A DNA stretch of 64,000 nucleotides from a bacterium (GTDB lineage Bacteria; SZUA-182; DTGQ01; JAFGSM01): NCBI GenBank assembly GCA_016934595.1, contig JAFGSM010000080.1, positions 1,000 to 64,999 of the forward strand, given 5' to 3'. Position 1 is the first letter of the stretch. Each line of letters begins with the position of its first letter. Made by a program: the position numbers and the translations under genes. Positions 27,211-37,583 of this stretch are shown here, piece after piece. Under the pieces are notes generated by a model. It made no database searches. It saw only the letters and a list, made by a program, of their open reading frames with translations, and was not told the DNA's origin.

Positions 27211-28019
27211 GAAACCTTGATCTTTTCCGTGAAAGGGCTTTCTGGAAACTCCCGGCAGAGGTATGCCTGAACGCCCCTCGCCTCGTCTAACATGCCCTCC
27301 ATCATGTATGTCTGGGAAAGCAGATAAAGGGTCTCATCCCTCCACGGGACTTCAGGATAAAGCGACCATATCTTCTGAAGCCTGCCTCTTGCCGCCTTGT
27401 ACGAGCCGGTCTTCAGGTAAAACCTGGCCACATAGAGGTCATGCTCAGAAAGCCTCAAACGGCATTTGGATACACTATCCTTTGCCTCTTCTGTCATCTG
27501 GCTCTGCGGATATTCCTTGAGGAATCTCTCGAATGATTCCAGAGCCTTGATCGTATAAGTCTGATCCCGATCCGGCCCCAATATTTGCTTAAAAAATGTC
27601 TGCCCTATCCTGAACCTAGCCATGTCAGCCTTTGAATGGAGGGGGTGAAGATTAAGGAATCTCTCGTATTCCGCCCTTGCAGAATCAAATTCTTTGAGTT
27701 GAAAATAACAATCGGCCCTGTTCAGTCTGGTCTTGGCCATCAAAGGGCTCTCAGGATACTCCTCTGTCAGCCTGCCAAAGACCTCCTCCGCCTTCCGGAA
27801 TTTGTCCTTGCCCAGATAATCCATGGCCTGATTATATAGCTCCTGATCCGTAAGCACTCTTGCCTTTTTGCTGCAAGAAGGCAAGGCTGGGGACATGATG
27901 ACAAGGAGGCAGATAACCCATAGAGAAAATATGGTACGTCCTTTTTTATTTTCAATAAATATTTTCGTCTGAAAATCGTTTATGATTTTCATCCTCCTTT
28001 GTGCCAATTTTATTGGCAT
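27186..28019 (-). CDS. bamD: Outer-membrane protein assembly factor BamD-like TPR lipoprotein
   Basis: Lipobox ALPSC after a signal peptide, then TPR repeats with BamD-like motifs (YNQAMDYLGKDKFRKAEEVF..., ...YVARFYLKTGSYKAARGRLQ...). The true start is probably an internal Met. Confidence 0.65.
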   Translation of the reverse strand: MPIKLAQRRMKIINDFQTKIFIENKKGRTIFSLWVICLLVIMSPALPSCSKKARVLTDQELYNQAMDYLGKDKFRKAEEVFGRLTEEYPESPLMAKTRLNRADCYFQLKEFDSARAEYERFLNLHPLHSKADMARFRIGQTFFKQILGPDRDQTYTIKALESFERFLKEYPQSQMTEEAKDSVSKCRLRLSEHDLYVARFYLKTGSYKAARGRLQKIWSLYPEVPWRDETLYLLSQTYMMEGMLDEARGVQAYLCREFPESPFTEKIKVSCKDIEPE

Positions 28020-28091
28020 GGTTGTTTCATTATAATTTGTAAAGGTAAATTAAAAATCCATTAAATAGTTTTGCCGAAAGATTGTCGCTTG

Positions 28092-28235
28092 TCAGCGCAA
28101 GCATTCCAAAAAACTTTGTCTCACGCCAGGGACGCAGGGCATGTCGGGCATAAGACATCCGCAACCGGAGATGAACAAAAAAACAAGGGCGATACAAAGG
28201 AAAAAAGCAAACCTCTTTTTTAACCATATCATCAT
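28092..28235 (-). CDS. Small Cys-rich lipoprotein-like ORF (47 aa), translationally coupled to trpA (ATGA overlap)
   Basis: My translation is [47 protein letters not shown]. It has a positive n-region, a hydrophobic core and an ISGC lipobox, and its ATG overlaps the trpA TGA stop. The listed six-frame ORF 28030..28281 is in a different frame and looks spurious. Confidence 0.3.
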   Translation of the reverse strand: MMIWLKKRFAFFLCIALVFLFISGCGCLMPDMPCVPGVRQSFLECLR

Positions 28236-29083
28236 GATATCCTGTCCTCCATAGCATGTTTAATCTTGGCGGCAAAATCACCTGTCAGGTCAAGGGCGTG
28301 TTCAGAAAAGCCGTTTTCTTCGAGGATATTAATAATGGCGCTTCCAACTATCACCCCGTCTGCCCACTCCGCTATCCGTGCTGCATGTTCCGGAGTGGAC
28401 ACGCCAAAACCTACTGCGACAGGCATGTCAGTGACCGACCTTATCTCTTTTATGTGGTCTCTTATTGACAATGGCAAATCATCCCTTGCACCGGTAACCC
28501 CTGTGACGGATACATAATAGATAAAACCTGTGGCCTTTTCAGCAACGAGACTTATCCTCTTCATAGTGCTGGTCGGGGCAAGGAAAAAGATGACAGCGAT
28601 ACCGTGCCTCTGCCCCAGGGAGATCAATTCCTCACCCTCCTCTGGCGGAAGGTCGGGACAGATCAGGCCATCAACCCCTGCGTCAACCATCCATCTGAAT
28701 GTCTCGTCAAGACCAGGCCTCAGGACAGGATTATAGTAGCTCATCAAAGCTATAGGAATTTTTATATCCTTGCGAATGCCCTCTATGAAATGGCAGATTT
28801 TCCTGAGTGTCGCCCCTTTTGCAAGGGCACGATGGGATGCCCTCTGGATGACAGGCCCGTCTGCAAGAGGATCTGAAAACGGGACGCCAAGTTCTATGAT
28901 GTCGGCCCCATTTTTCTCAAGGATCGTGACGAGGCTTCTGGTCATCTCAAGATCAGGGTCGCCTGCTGTGACAAAGGGGATAAAGACCTTTCGCCCATCC
29001 TTTCTTGCCGACTGGAAGACCTTGCTAATCCTGTCCATCTGCTGCTCCCAGGATTTGCGTGGCCTGCTGGACATCCTTGTCAC
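28232..29083 (-). CDS. trpA: Tryptophan synthase alpha subunit
   Basis: ...[47 protein letters not shown]... is the canonical TrpA active-site region. The likely start is MDRISKVF (internal Met) because the listed ORF overlaps trpB by 59 nt. Confidence 0.9.
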   Translation of the reverse strand: MTRMSSRPRKSWEQQMDRISKVFQSARKDGRKVFIPFVTAGDPDLEMTRSLVTILEKNGADIIELGVPFSDPLADGPVIQRASHRALAKGATLRKICHFIEGIRKDIKIPIALMSYYNPVLRPGLDETFRWMVDAGVDGLICPDLPPEEGEELISLGQRHGIAVIFFLAPTSTMKRISLVAEKATGFIYYVSVTGVTGARDDLPLSIRDHIKEIRSVTDMPVAVGFGVSTPEHAARIAEWADGVIVGSAIINILEENGFSEHALDLTGDFAAKIKHAMEDRIS

Positions 29084-30233
29084 CCCTTCCGGACAGGCAG
29101 ACTATTATGATTTTGTCCTTTTCCAGGGCAGGGGCGAGTTTTTTAAGATATGCCAGCGCGTGGGCGCTTTCAAGGGCGGGTATGATCCCTTCCTTCACAG
29201 AGCATAACTGAAAAGCCTCAAGGGCCTCATCGTCCGTGATCACTTCGTATTTAACCCTGCCTGAATCCCTAAGATAGCAATGCTCAGGGCCGACTCCGGG
29301 GTAGTCAAGGCCTGCTGACACTGAATGGGCTATCTTTATCTGTCCATCCTCATCCTGAAGGAGATACCCTTTGCTGCCGTGGAGCACCCCTATGCTTCCA
29401 TGGCATATAGAAGCGGCATGTTTTCCTGTGTTCACTCCAAAGCCCCCGGCCTCGATTCCTACCATCGAAACCCCTTTGTCATCCAAAAAACGGTAGAAAA
29501 GCCCCATGGAATTGCTTCCGCCTCCGACACATGCGACAAGAAAATCAGGCCCCCTCCCTTCGGCCTCCATAACCTGCCTTTGAGTCTCATTGCCTATAAC
29601 CGTTTGGAAATCCCTAACCATCATGGGATAAGGGTGTGGTCCGGCAACAGACCCTATCACATAATGGGTCGTCCTGACCGTCGTCACCCAGTCACGAATG
29701 GCCTCATTCATGGCGTCCTTCAGGGTCTGGCTGCCTGATTTAACAGGCGTCACCTTCGACCCCAGAAGATTCATACGGAAGACATTCAGGCGCTGCCGCC
29801 GGATATCTTCCACCCCCATATAGACCTGGCATTCAAGTCCAAACATGGCGGCGGCGGTCGCAGTGGCGACCCCATGTTGTCCTGCCCCTGTCTCTGCAAT
29901 GACACGCCCCTTGCCCATCCTCTTTGCAAGCAGTACCTGCCCTATGGTATTGTTGATCTTGTGGGCGCCTGTATGGCACAGGTCTTCCCTTTTCAGATAG
30001 ATCCTGGCGCCTCCAAAGTGGTCTGTCAGCCTCCTTGCAAAATACAAAGGCGTAGGTCTTCCGACATACTGACGAAGGTAGTATTCCAATTCCTCATGAA
30101 AACGCCTGTCCTTTTTTGCATCGCCGTAAGCAGCCTCCAGCTCTTCCAGTGCAGGCATAAGGGTCTCCGGGACATATTTGCCCCCATAAGGCCCAAAATG
30201 CCCATTGGCGTCAGGCATGATCTCAACCATCAA
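29025..30233 (-). CDS. trpB: Tryptophan synthase beta subunit (TrpB1)
   Basis: The PLP-lysine motif HTGAHKINN and GGGSNAMG-like GGGSNSMG are present; length is about 400 aa. Confidence 0.9.
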   Translation of the reverse strand: MMVEIMPDANGHFGPYGGKYVPETLMPALEELEAAYGDAKKDRRFHEELEYYLRQYVGRPTPLYFARRLTDHFGGARIYLKREDLCHTGAHKINNTIGQVLLAKRMGKGRVIAETGAGQHGVATATAAAMFGLECQVYMGVEDIRRQRLNVFRMNLLGSKVTPVKSGSQTLKDAMNEAIRDWVTTVRTTHYVIGSVAGPHPYPMMVRDFQTVIGNETQRQVMEAEGRGPDFLVACVGGGSNSMGLFYRFLDDKGVSMVGIEAGGFGVNTGKHAASICHGSIGVLHGSKGYLLQDEDGQIKIAHSVSAGLDYPGVGPEHCYLRDSGRVKYEVITDDEALEAFQLCSVKEGIIPALESAHALAYLKKLAPALEKDKIIIVCLSGRGDKDVQQATQILGAADGQD

Positions 30234-30287
30234 TCCATAACCCTTTATTATTTTGCGATATCAACGCGATATCAATATGAATAGGTC

Positions 30288-31649
30288 TCAATACGATTCG
30301 ATCAGGGGCAGCCTGCTTAACGCCTCCCTGATCTTTTCCTCCGGATGTTCATAGTCTTCAAGCTTATTTGCGAGATATGCATCATAGGCGGCAAGGTCAA
30401 AATAACCGTGACCGCTAAGATTAAAGGCTATGACCTCTTCCTTCCCTTCCTCTTTGCATCTTTTGGCCTCTTCAACAACGGCCATTATAGCATGTGCGGC
30501 CTCAGGGGCAGGGATTATGCCCTCTGCCTTTGCAAATAGCACAGCATTGTCAAACACAGGGTTCTGATGATAGGCAGCCCCTTCGACTATCCCTTCCTTT
30601 ACAAGATGACTCAAAAGCGGGGAATCCCCATGGTACCTGAGTCCTCCCGCATGTATCCCTGCAGGCACAAAATCGTGCCCAAGTGTATACATCTTCATCA
30701 GAGGCGTCAACTCGGCAGTGTCCCCGAAATCATAGCGGAATTCACCTTTTGTGAAGGTTGGACAGGCTGTAGGCTCAACCGCCACGAACCTTATATCCTC
30801 TCCTGCCATCTTATCCCTTACGAAGGGTATCATAAATCCGCCATAATTGCTCCCGCCTCCGCAACACCCTATTATGACATTCGGTTTGACGCCTGCCTCT
30901 TCAAACTGCTTTTTCGATTCAAGGCCGACTATGGTCTGATGCAGGAGGACATGATTAAGAACGCTCCCCAGGGAATAATTAGTCCCTTCGTGGGTCGCTG
31001 CATCCTCCACTGCCTCGCTTATAGCTATACCAAGGCTTCCCAGGGATTCTGGATCCTTGGCGAGTATCCTTCTGCCTGCCTCTGTATCCCTGCTTGGGCT
31101 CGGCACAACCGTGCTTCCCCAGACCTGCATCATGGAACGGCGGTAGGGTTTTTGCTGATAACTTACCTTGACCATATATACCTTGCACTCAAGGCCAAAA
31201 AAACTGCACGCAAAGCTTAGTGCGCTTCCCCACTGGCCTGCGCCTGTCTCGGTAGTCAGGCGTTTCACACCCGCCTTTTTATTATAGTATGCCTGTGCCA
31301 CGGCTGTATTTGGTTTATGGCTGCCAGGAGGGCTCACCCCTTCATATTTATAATATATCTTTGCAGGGGTGCCCAATGCCTTTTCCAGATTGTAGGCGCG
31401 AAACATCGGCGTTGGTCTCCACAAGCTATATACGTCCATCAATTCTTCAGGGATGGGGATTTCAGATTTGGGGCTCATTTCCTGCTCGATAAGGGCCATT
31501 GGAAATATGGCGGCCAAGTCTTCAGGATTGATCGGTTTTTGGGTCTTGGGATTGAGAGGCGGCGCCAATGGTGTTTTCAGCTCAGGCAATATGTTATACC
31601 AATATCTTGGAATATCCTTTTCTCCTAAAAGTATCTTGCGGTCTTTCAT
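30288..31649 (-). CDS. Tryptophan synthase beta-like protein, TrpB2 type
   Basis: A roughly 450-aa TrpB paralog with the characteristic TrpB2 N-terminus ([24 protein letters not shown]...) and [14 protein letters not shown] around the PLP-Lys. Confidence 0.8.
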   Translation of the reverse strand: MKDRKILLGEKDIPRYWYNILPELKTPLAPPLNPKTQKPINPEDLAAIFPMALIEQEMSPKSEIPIPEELMDVYSLWRPTPMFRAYNLEKALGTPAKIYYKYEGVSPPGSHKPNTAVAQAYYNKKAGVKRLTTETGAGQWGSALSFACSFFGLECKVYMVKVSYQQKPYRRSMMQVWGSTVVPSPSRDTEAGRRILAKDPESLGSLGIAISEAVEDAATHEGTNYSLGSVLNHVLLHQTIVGLESKKQFEEAGVKPNVIIGCCGGGSNYGGFMIPFVRDKMAGEDIRFVAVEPTACPTFTKGEFRYDFGDTAELTPLMKMYTLGHDFVPAGIHAGGLRYHGDSPLLSHLVKEGIVEGAAYHQNPVFDNAVLFAKAEGIIPAPEAAHAIMAVVEEAKRCKEEGKEEVIAFNLSGHGYFDLAAYDAYLANKLEDYEHPEEKIREALSRLPLIESY

Positions 31650-31744
31650 CTTCTTCCTCCTGAGTTATTAATATTTAACTGTTCGTAATGATTTTCTTGC
31701 CCCCTGCCTCGGGTCAAAGTTTAAATAATTGCATATGCACACGG

Positions 31745-32074
31745 CTAATTTTCAAAGGGACTGTTATCGTTATCTATGTTCAGCCTCAAATTTAACTCAT
31801 TCAGGAACGCCCTGTCCTCTGTTGTCAGCTCAAACCTGATTTCTTCATTTGGTATGGCGCCGTTGCCTGAATCTTTCTGCATTAAATCAGTATTGCAATA
31901 AAGGCCAAGGCCGATTACCATAGAAAGATCAACCCCCAGCCCCCATTTTCTCATTTGCCTCAAAACCTCCTGCACGTCATCAGAATGAGACAATGTATCG
32001 TTTATCACATCTCCCAGTTTTTTAAACAACAGCTTCAGCTCTTCTTTTTTTTCCTTGGATTCTCCTTCAATCAT
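31745..32074 (-). CDS. Hypothetical protein
   Basis: A 109-aa ORF with reasonable codon usage in a 3-gene-wide gap. No recognisable motifs. Confidence 0.3.
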   Translation of the reverse strand: MIEGESKEKKEELKLLFKKLGDVINDTLSHSDDVQEVLRQMRKWGLGVDLSMVIGLGLYCNTDLMQKDSGNGAIPNEEIRFELTTEDRAFLNELNLRLNIDNDNSPFEN

Positions 32075-32093
32075 TTCAGCAATAACCCCCTTC

Positions 32094-33887
32094 TTATAGG
32101 ATAGATTCCAGTTTGGAATCCGCTGTCCTTTTCTTGTCTTCTATCATGTTTCTGACCTTGGCCGCTATATGGGGCAATCCCTCCCTGACCACATCCTTTG
32201 AATCCCGCCATTTCATCTCCACCATACCTTCTCTCAGGGATTTAATGCCCACAGTAACCCGAAGAGGGATGCCTATAAGGTCAGCGTCCTTAAATTTGAT
32301 TCCCGGGCTTTCATCACGGTCATCCAGCAAAACCTCTATTCCCTCCTTCTGCAAATCCTGATAAATCTCCTCCCCTGCGCCGGAAACGTCTTCGTTGTCC
32401 ATGTTAACCGGAAGTATATGCACCTGAAACGGCGCAATTGGAAGGGGCCATATAATGCCATCCTCATCATGATTTTGCTCGATCGCAGCAGCCATAGTCC
32501 TTCCAATGCCTATACCGTAACAACCCATTATCATGTATTGTTCCCTTCCGTCCTCATCCAGAAACACGGCCTTCATGGATTTGCTATATTTCGTCCCCAG
32601 CTTGAATACATGCCCGACCTCAATGCCTCTATGAAAATTAAGGATCCCTGAGCATCTTGGACATTTATCCTTATCAGTTATGTATCGAAGGTCGGCGTAA
32701 CGGTCAACCTTAAAGTCACGATCCAGATTCACGTTCAAGAGGTGTTTATCCGCCTCATTTGCCCCAACGACAAAATTCACCATCCCTTTTAAAGACAAAT
32801 CCGCCAGTATAGGCAACCCTTTTAGGCCGACCGGCCCGGAAAAACCGCTGGGGCCGCCGGTGGCGTATTCAATGGTTGACTCATCCGCCAATATCACTTC
32901 AGAAACCCCGCCGAGGAGGTTCTTCAATTTGATCTCATTGACCTCATGATCCCCTCTTACCAGAACAGCCAAAGGTTTCCCCTCCTGAATGAATATCATT
33001 GTCTTCACCAGCTGCTCCGGCCTGCAGCCGAGAAATTCACAAACATCTTCCACAGACTTCCTGCCGGGTGTCTCAACCTCGGCCATATCCTTCATGCAGG
33101 GACCCTCAGGCAGTTCATTCATCCGTGGCCCGACGCATTCCGCCTTTTCCAGATTGGATGCATAATCACACTCTGTACAGCTTGCGATCGAATCCTCCCC
33201 TGATTCGGCCAGCACCATAAACTCATGCGAGAAGCTCCCTCCAATAGGGCCCGAATCTGCCTCAACCGCCCTAAAATCAAGGCCGCACCGTGCGAATATA
33301 CGATTGTATGCCTTATACATCATAGAATAAGCCCTCTGCGCGCCCGCCTCATGCCTGTCAAAACTATATCCGTCCTTCATCATAAACTCCCGCCCCCTCA
33401 TAAGACCGAAACGGGGCCTGATCTCGTCCCTGAACTTGGTCTGTATCTGATAAAGGTTAATGGGAAGCTGCCTGTATGAACGCACCTCCCTTCTCACAAG
33501 GTCTGTAATCACCTCCTCATGGGTAGGACCTAAACAAAAATCCCTGCCGTGCCTATCGGTGATCCTCATAAGCTCCTTGCCATAGGCATCCCACCTGGCG
33601 CTTTCATGCCATAACTCTGAAGGACAAAGCACAGGGAGAAAGACCTCCTGCGCGCCTGCCAGTTCCATCTCCTCGCGGACAATCTGCTCGATCTTTTTCA
33701 TAACCCTCCACCCAAGGGGCAGAAAATTGTAGACGCCCGCAGCCAGTTTTCTTATCAGCCCTGAGCGCAGCATGAGGCAATGGCTCACTATCTCCGCCTC
33801 GCCAGGATCTTCCCTGAGCGTAGGGATAAGCATTCTTGAATATCTCACAACCGCCTCCAAGATATACAATGGGTTTTTAAATTTCAA
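32094..33887 (-). CDS. proS: Prolyl-tRNA synthetase (bacterial type with INS editing domain)
   Basis: Class II motifs: ...PTLREDPGEAEIVSHCLMLRSGLIRKLAAGVYNFLPLGWRVMKKIE... in the N-terminal catalytic core, with an anticodon-binding C-terminus. The true start is probably MLIPTLRE. Confidence 0.9.
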   Translation of the reverse strand: MKFKNPLYILEAVVRYSRMLIPTLREDPGEAEIVSHCLMLRSGLIRKLAAGVYNFLPLGWRVMKKIEQIVREEMELAGAQEVFLPVLCPSELWHESARWDAYGKELMRITDRHGRDFCLGPTHEEVITDLVRREVRSYRQLPINLYQIQTKFRDEIRPRFGLMRGREFMMKDGYSFDRHEAGAQRAYSMMYKAYNRIFARCGLDFRAVEADSGPIGGSFSHEFMVLAESGEDSIASCTECDYASNLEKAECVGPRMNELPEGPCMKDMAEVETPGRKSVEDVCEFLGCRPEQLVKTMIFIQEGKPLAVLVRGDHEVNEIKLKNLLGGVSEVILADESTIEYATGGPSGFSGPVGLKGLPILADLSLKGMVNFVVGANEADKHLLNVNLDRDFKVDRYADLRYITDKDKCPRCSGILNFHRGIEVGHVFKLGTKYSKSMKAVFLDEDGREQYMIMGCYGIGIGRTMAAAIEQNHDEDGIIWPLPIAPFQVHILPVNMDNEDVSGAGEEIYQDLQKEGIEVLLDDRDESPGIKFKDADLIGIPLRVTVGIKSLREGMVEMKWRDSKDVVREGLPHIAAKVRNMIEDKKRTADSKLESIL

Positions 33888-34057
33888 AAAAATAGACGAT
33901 CGATTCTAACAAAATGACAGCCATATTGCAATATTGTTAACTCCCCCCCCATGACCTTACAATCGCAACAACATGAGAATGATTGAAAACAAAGTATTGT
34001 CCGATCGTTTTCATATAAATCCCAAAATCATTGACCTGTTCAATCTTGCATTGCTTA

Positions 34058-35389
34058 TCAACCTAAAACTGCAGTAATCTTACCCCAGGTTCCTTCCTCC
34101 GCAACCTTTTCCACCCTTACCATAACCATTTTATTAAACTTGTCAGCGCCGGCCTTGATATAAACAGGTATATAATTTCCTGTTAGAGCGACCTTATAAC
34201 CTGGTTCAGGAGCAGACTGGTTCAGCACCAGCCCTTTAAGTTCTTTACCGATAAACCTGCTTCTAAACATACCCCTTTTGATGCGTCCAATCCTTCTTAA
34301 ATAAAGGCTCCTTTCCTTCTTTGTTTGAATATCCACCTGATCCGGCATAAGCTCTGCAAGAGTGCCCGGCCTGGGAGAATAACTGAATACATGAAGATAG
34401 GCCAATGGAAGGGTATCTATAAGCCTGCAAGTCATCTCAAAATCGCTGCCGGTTTCACCAGGAAAGCCTGTCATTACATCAGCACCTATCGCAGATAAGG
34501 GATTCCGCTGGTTTATCCTGTAAATTACATCAGAATATTCCTCAGGGGTATATGGCCTTCCCATACGCTCCAATATCCTTTTGCTTCCGCTTTGCAAAGG
34601 GACATGAAAGTGAGGGCATAAATTTGGGGCAGAACCTATAAGATCAAAAAGCCTTTCTGAAAATTCACTTGATTCGATTGAGCTCAAACGCAATCTGTTC
34701 TGTCTGTTATCTGATAAGAGCCTGTCCAGCAATCCACAAAGATCATTCCTCGGGTGCAAGTCCTTCCCGTATTGCCCCAGATGTATGCCCGTAAGAACGA
34801 TTTCCCTGTAGCCAGATCCCCATAATGTGAGCACCTGGCTGACGACCTCATCAACAGGGACGCTGCGTGCAGGCCCTCTTGCCTTAGGGACTATACAATA
34901 TGTGCAATGGGCGTCGCATCCCTCCTGAACCTTAATGAATGATCGTGTATAGTCAGTGAATCTTTTGATTGACATAGGAAAAAGCGGGATGTTTTTTTGC
35001 CCCCACCCGCAGACCTTGACCCTGAGGGGCTCTCCTTTTTTCAAACCATCCAAAAAACTTAAAATATGCGCCTTTTCCCTGTTGCCAACCACCAAATCCA
35101 CGCCGGATATAGAGCCAAAACCATTCGGATCAACCTGAGCCGCGCAGCCGGTCACTATAACTATCCCATCGGGATTCCCCCTTATCGCCCTTCTGACCGC
35201 CTGATATGAATGTTTTTGACTTTTTGATGTCACGGCGCATGTATTGATCAGATAAACATCCGCCTTTGAAGGAAACGGCGCCTGCTCATATCCCATATCC
35301 TTAAAGAGATCTGCTATGTAAGCCGTTTCAAACTGGTTGAGTTTGCAACCAAGCGTAAATAAAGATACCTTTGACATACTATCCTTCAT
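34058..35389 (-). CDS. MiaB-family radical-SAM methylthiotransferase (MtaB-like, tRNA modification)
   Basis: The N-terminal UPF0004 domain (VSLFTLGCKLNQFETAYI) and the radical-SAM motif CDAHCTYC are followed by a C-terminal TRAM-like domain. Confidence 0.8.
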   Translation of the reverse strand: MKDSMSKVSLFTLGCKLNQFETAYIADLFKDMGYEQAPFPSKADVYLINTCAVTSKSQKHSYQAVRRAIRGNPDGIVIVTGCAAQVDPNGFGSISGVDLVVGNREKAHILSFLDGLKKGEPLRVKVCGWGQKNIPLFPMSIKRFTDYTRSFIKVQEGCDAHCTYCIVPKARGPARSVPVDEVVSQVLTLWGSGYREIVLTGIHLGQYGKDLHPRNDLCGLLDRLLSDNRQNRLRLSSIESSEFSERLFDLIGSAPNLCPHFHVPLQSGSKRILERMGRPYTPEEYSDVIYRINQRNPLSAIGADVMTGFPGETGSDFEMTCRLIDTLPLAYLHVFSYSPRPGTLAELMPDQVDIQTKKERSLYLRRIGRIKRGMFRSRFIGKELKGLVLNQSAPEPGYKVALTGNYIPVYIKAGADKFNKMVMVRVEKVAEEGTWGKITAVLG

Positions 35390-35449
35390 GTTAAACCGAC
35401 TTCACCGGTAATCTTTTTCTTTTTTTTAGTTTTTTATAATATTTTTGCC

Positions 35450-35478
35450 TTGACAGGATTTATAACCAATGATAATAT
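35450..35478 (+). promoter_or_regulatory. Candidate sigma-70 promoter (TTGACA-17nt-TAATAT) upstream of the pilin gene cluster
   Basis: Read directly: TTGACAggatttataaccaatgaTAATAT. The orientation is toward the pilin genes, about 410 bp upstream of the first ATG. Confidence 0.3.
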
Positions 35479-35886
35479 CATTTCGAATATCTATAAGTAC
35501 AGAGTCAAAGCGGCCTTGATTTGGGTTGCCGGTAATCAGGCTTTTGCTTGCAAACACCAGGGCCTCTTCAGAAATAGTCATTCTGAGGCGTCCGGGAGGG
35601 GGGTGAGTATATAGCAAGTCGGATTTTTTCTTTTTAACACATACCTTATATAAACATATACAGAGACTACCATTACAAACAGGGTTTATGAAATATGCGC
35701 CAGTTCTTGCTCATCCTTATATGTTTCTTGTCTAACTAACAGTATACAGTATTTAGAAATCCGTCAATAAGATTGATACACAGATCGATCGTTATTATTT
35801 TTTATCCCTATGGATTATTATTTATTTATTTTATTGTCTATTATTATACGAAATTGCCAACAGCTTAAACGGGGGAGGTCAAAGAA

Positions 35887-36369
35887 ATGATTAAGATTCT
35901 TGGTTCTTTAAGAAAAAACGAGACAGGCTTTACCTTGATCGAGGTAATGGTTGTGATAATCATGGTGGGTATCCTTGCGGCAATAGCCGTGCCCATTTAC
36001 ACCAATTATGTATACAGGGCCAGAACCAGTGAAGCTGTCTCAACACTGGGCGCAGTCAAGACTTATGTCCTGGAAAGACGCAATGCAACAGGCCGTTGGC
36101 CTACCGTTGATGAAATTAGAGCCGAATTTAGAGGCTTTAACGAGCTTTATTACTTCAACAACTCCACAATTAGACTCATTGAATCAGGGGATCGTTTGGC
36201 TGTACGTCTTGAGGCATCGGCCAATTTTGACGCGCCAAGCTCTATTACCGAACAATGGGTACAGTTAGATATCGATTTGAATGGGAATGATGCGAATATG
36301 GGATGGAGCGGGGGGATAGTAACCAGCTATGCAAGCCATCTCAAAGGATGCACATCCCCTTTAACATAA
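35887..36369 (+). CDS. Type IV pilin / pseudopilin (prepilin N-terminal methylation domain)
   Basis: ...NETGFTLIEVMVVIIMVGILAAIAVPIYTNYV... has the prepilin peptidase cleavage site (G|F) and the conserved Glu at position +5. Confidence 0.75.
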   Translation: MIKILGSLRKNETGFTLIEVMVVIIMVGILAAIAVPIYTNYVYRARTSEAVSTLGAVKTYVLERRNATGRWPTVDEIRAEFRGFNELYYFNNSTIRLIESGDRLAVRLEASANFDAPSSITEQWVQLDIDLNGNDANMGWSGGIVTSYASHLKGCTSPLT

Positions 36370-36427
36370 GCGAGTATCTGTATTCTTAATCTAAATAATA
36401 TAACAAGATATAAAGCGTGTTAACATA

Positions 36428-36901
36428 TTGAAAATTAGAATATTTTCAGGTTTAAAAGATCAGAAGCCGTCTTATGGTTCTATATTGATCGAGGTCCTGA
36501 TCTCTATTTTATTGCTGAGTTTTTTTATAATCGGATCTGTTTATTCTTATAGTTTTGTGCACCAGAGGATTCGCCGGCAACTGCATCGAAGAGTACTTTT
36601 AAGCGCCGCGCAGGGATGGATAGAGCAGACAAGGTTTCATTTAGTTAATATTGCCAGGGATACTACCTTGGATCCAAACCAGATCATGACCTCTTCGTTT
36701 CAACGAACCCAGGAAGGTTTGCTCAAGGCAAGATTCGATAAAGAATCCCAGGATATGTTAAACCTGGAACCTGATATGGCGACTATTGATATACATTTAA
36801 GCAATTCTGAGAATAATTTTGTAAATATTTTGATAACTGCGGAACTGGACGGATCGCCAGTAATATTATATACGCAGATCAGCCCGGATATACACAGATA
36901 A
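36428..36901 (+). CDS. Minor (pseudo)pilin, PilV-like
   Basis: Atypical prepilin N-terminus ...PSYGSILIEVLISILLLSFFIIG with the Glu at position +5 relative to the putative cleavage site. Confidence 0.5.
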   Translation: MKIRIFSGLKDQKPSYGSILIEVLISILLLSFFIIGSVYSYSFVHQRIRRQLHRRVLLSAAQGWIEQTRFHLVNIARDTTLDPNQIMTSSFQRTQEGLLKARFDKESQDMLNLEPDMATIDIHLSNSENNFVNILITAELDGSPVILYTQISPDIHR

Positions 36902-36927
36902 ATCAAGAACAGGTAATAAAAAGGCCA

Positions 36928-37539
36928 TTGGTATTAAAAGCTATCCGTAAAAAAAATATACATGGATTTACCCTGATAGAGATTTTGGTTGTTGTCGGCA
37001 TCATTGGCATATTGTTCAGCGCCGGCTTTGGATATTTTTTTAGCGGAGTCTGGCAAGAGCATCGAATATCTGAACAAAAACATTACCTGCAAAGGGAAGC
37101 CAGGTTTGCCATGGATTTTATAATCAATGGAACCATGCAGGCAAATAATCAGGGGTATTTTCGTTTTGGAGGTATCATCGGTTCCCACTTTGTTGAAATC
37201 AGCAATGACCCGAACAGCCAAGGGGGTAATGTGATAACGCTGAAGGACAAAGATAATAATCTGACCGGCCGCATCATGGGTTTCCCCGCGGAAAATCCTG
37301 TGTCTTTGATATTTGATGTAGATCAGGTATCGGGCAATGGCAATGAATTTGTTATAATCCCTCATCAGGTGCAGGATGAACCAGGCGCATTTGGTGTGAC
37401 TGTGAATTTTAGCCAGGACCCAAACAATCCTTCCCTGATCGGCATTGGCATCCAGCTTGACCGGCAAACACCGCAGGGCAGAGATTTAACTGTCCGGTTG
37501 TATTCATCTGTTGCATTAAGGAATGTAGGGGGCATTTGA
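36928..37539 (+). CDS. Minor (pseudo)pilin, PilW-like
   Basis: ...NIHGFTLIEILVVVGIIGILFSAGFGYF... prepilin-type N-terminal domain. Confidence 0.6.
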   Translation: MVLKAIRKKNIHGFTLIEILVVVGIIGILFSAGFGYFFSGVWQEHRISEQKHYLQREARFAMDFIINGTMQANNQGYFRFGGIIGSHFVEISNDPNSQGGNVITLKDKDNNLTGRIMGFPAENPVSLIFDVDQVSGNGNEFVIIPHQVQDEPGAFGVTVNFSQDPNNPSLIGIGIQLDRQTPQGRDLTVRLYSSVALRNVGGI

Positions 37540-37583
37540 ATACCCTTTGAAATGTTTATTTAGTTAGATATCTAATAAAAACC

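Noticed and set aside
28030-28281. 83-aa minus-strand ORF from the six-frame track in the trpA-bamD gap
   Set aside because: It starts inside trpA and has no signal features. A different frame in the same gap gives a clean lipoprotein-like 47-aa ORF coupled to the trpA stop, which I report instead at low confidence.
33945-33953. Poly-C tract (C8-C9) in the proS upstream region
   Set aside because: The short homopolymer is part of the shared CCCCCATGACCTT leader motif. There is no evidence of phase variation from the sequence alone.
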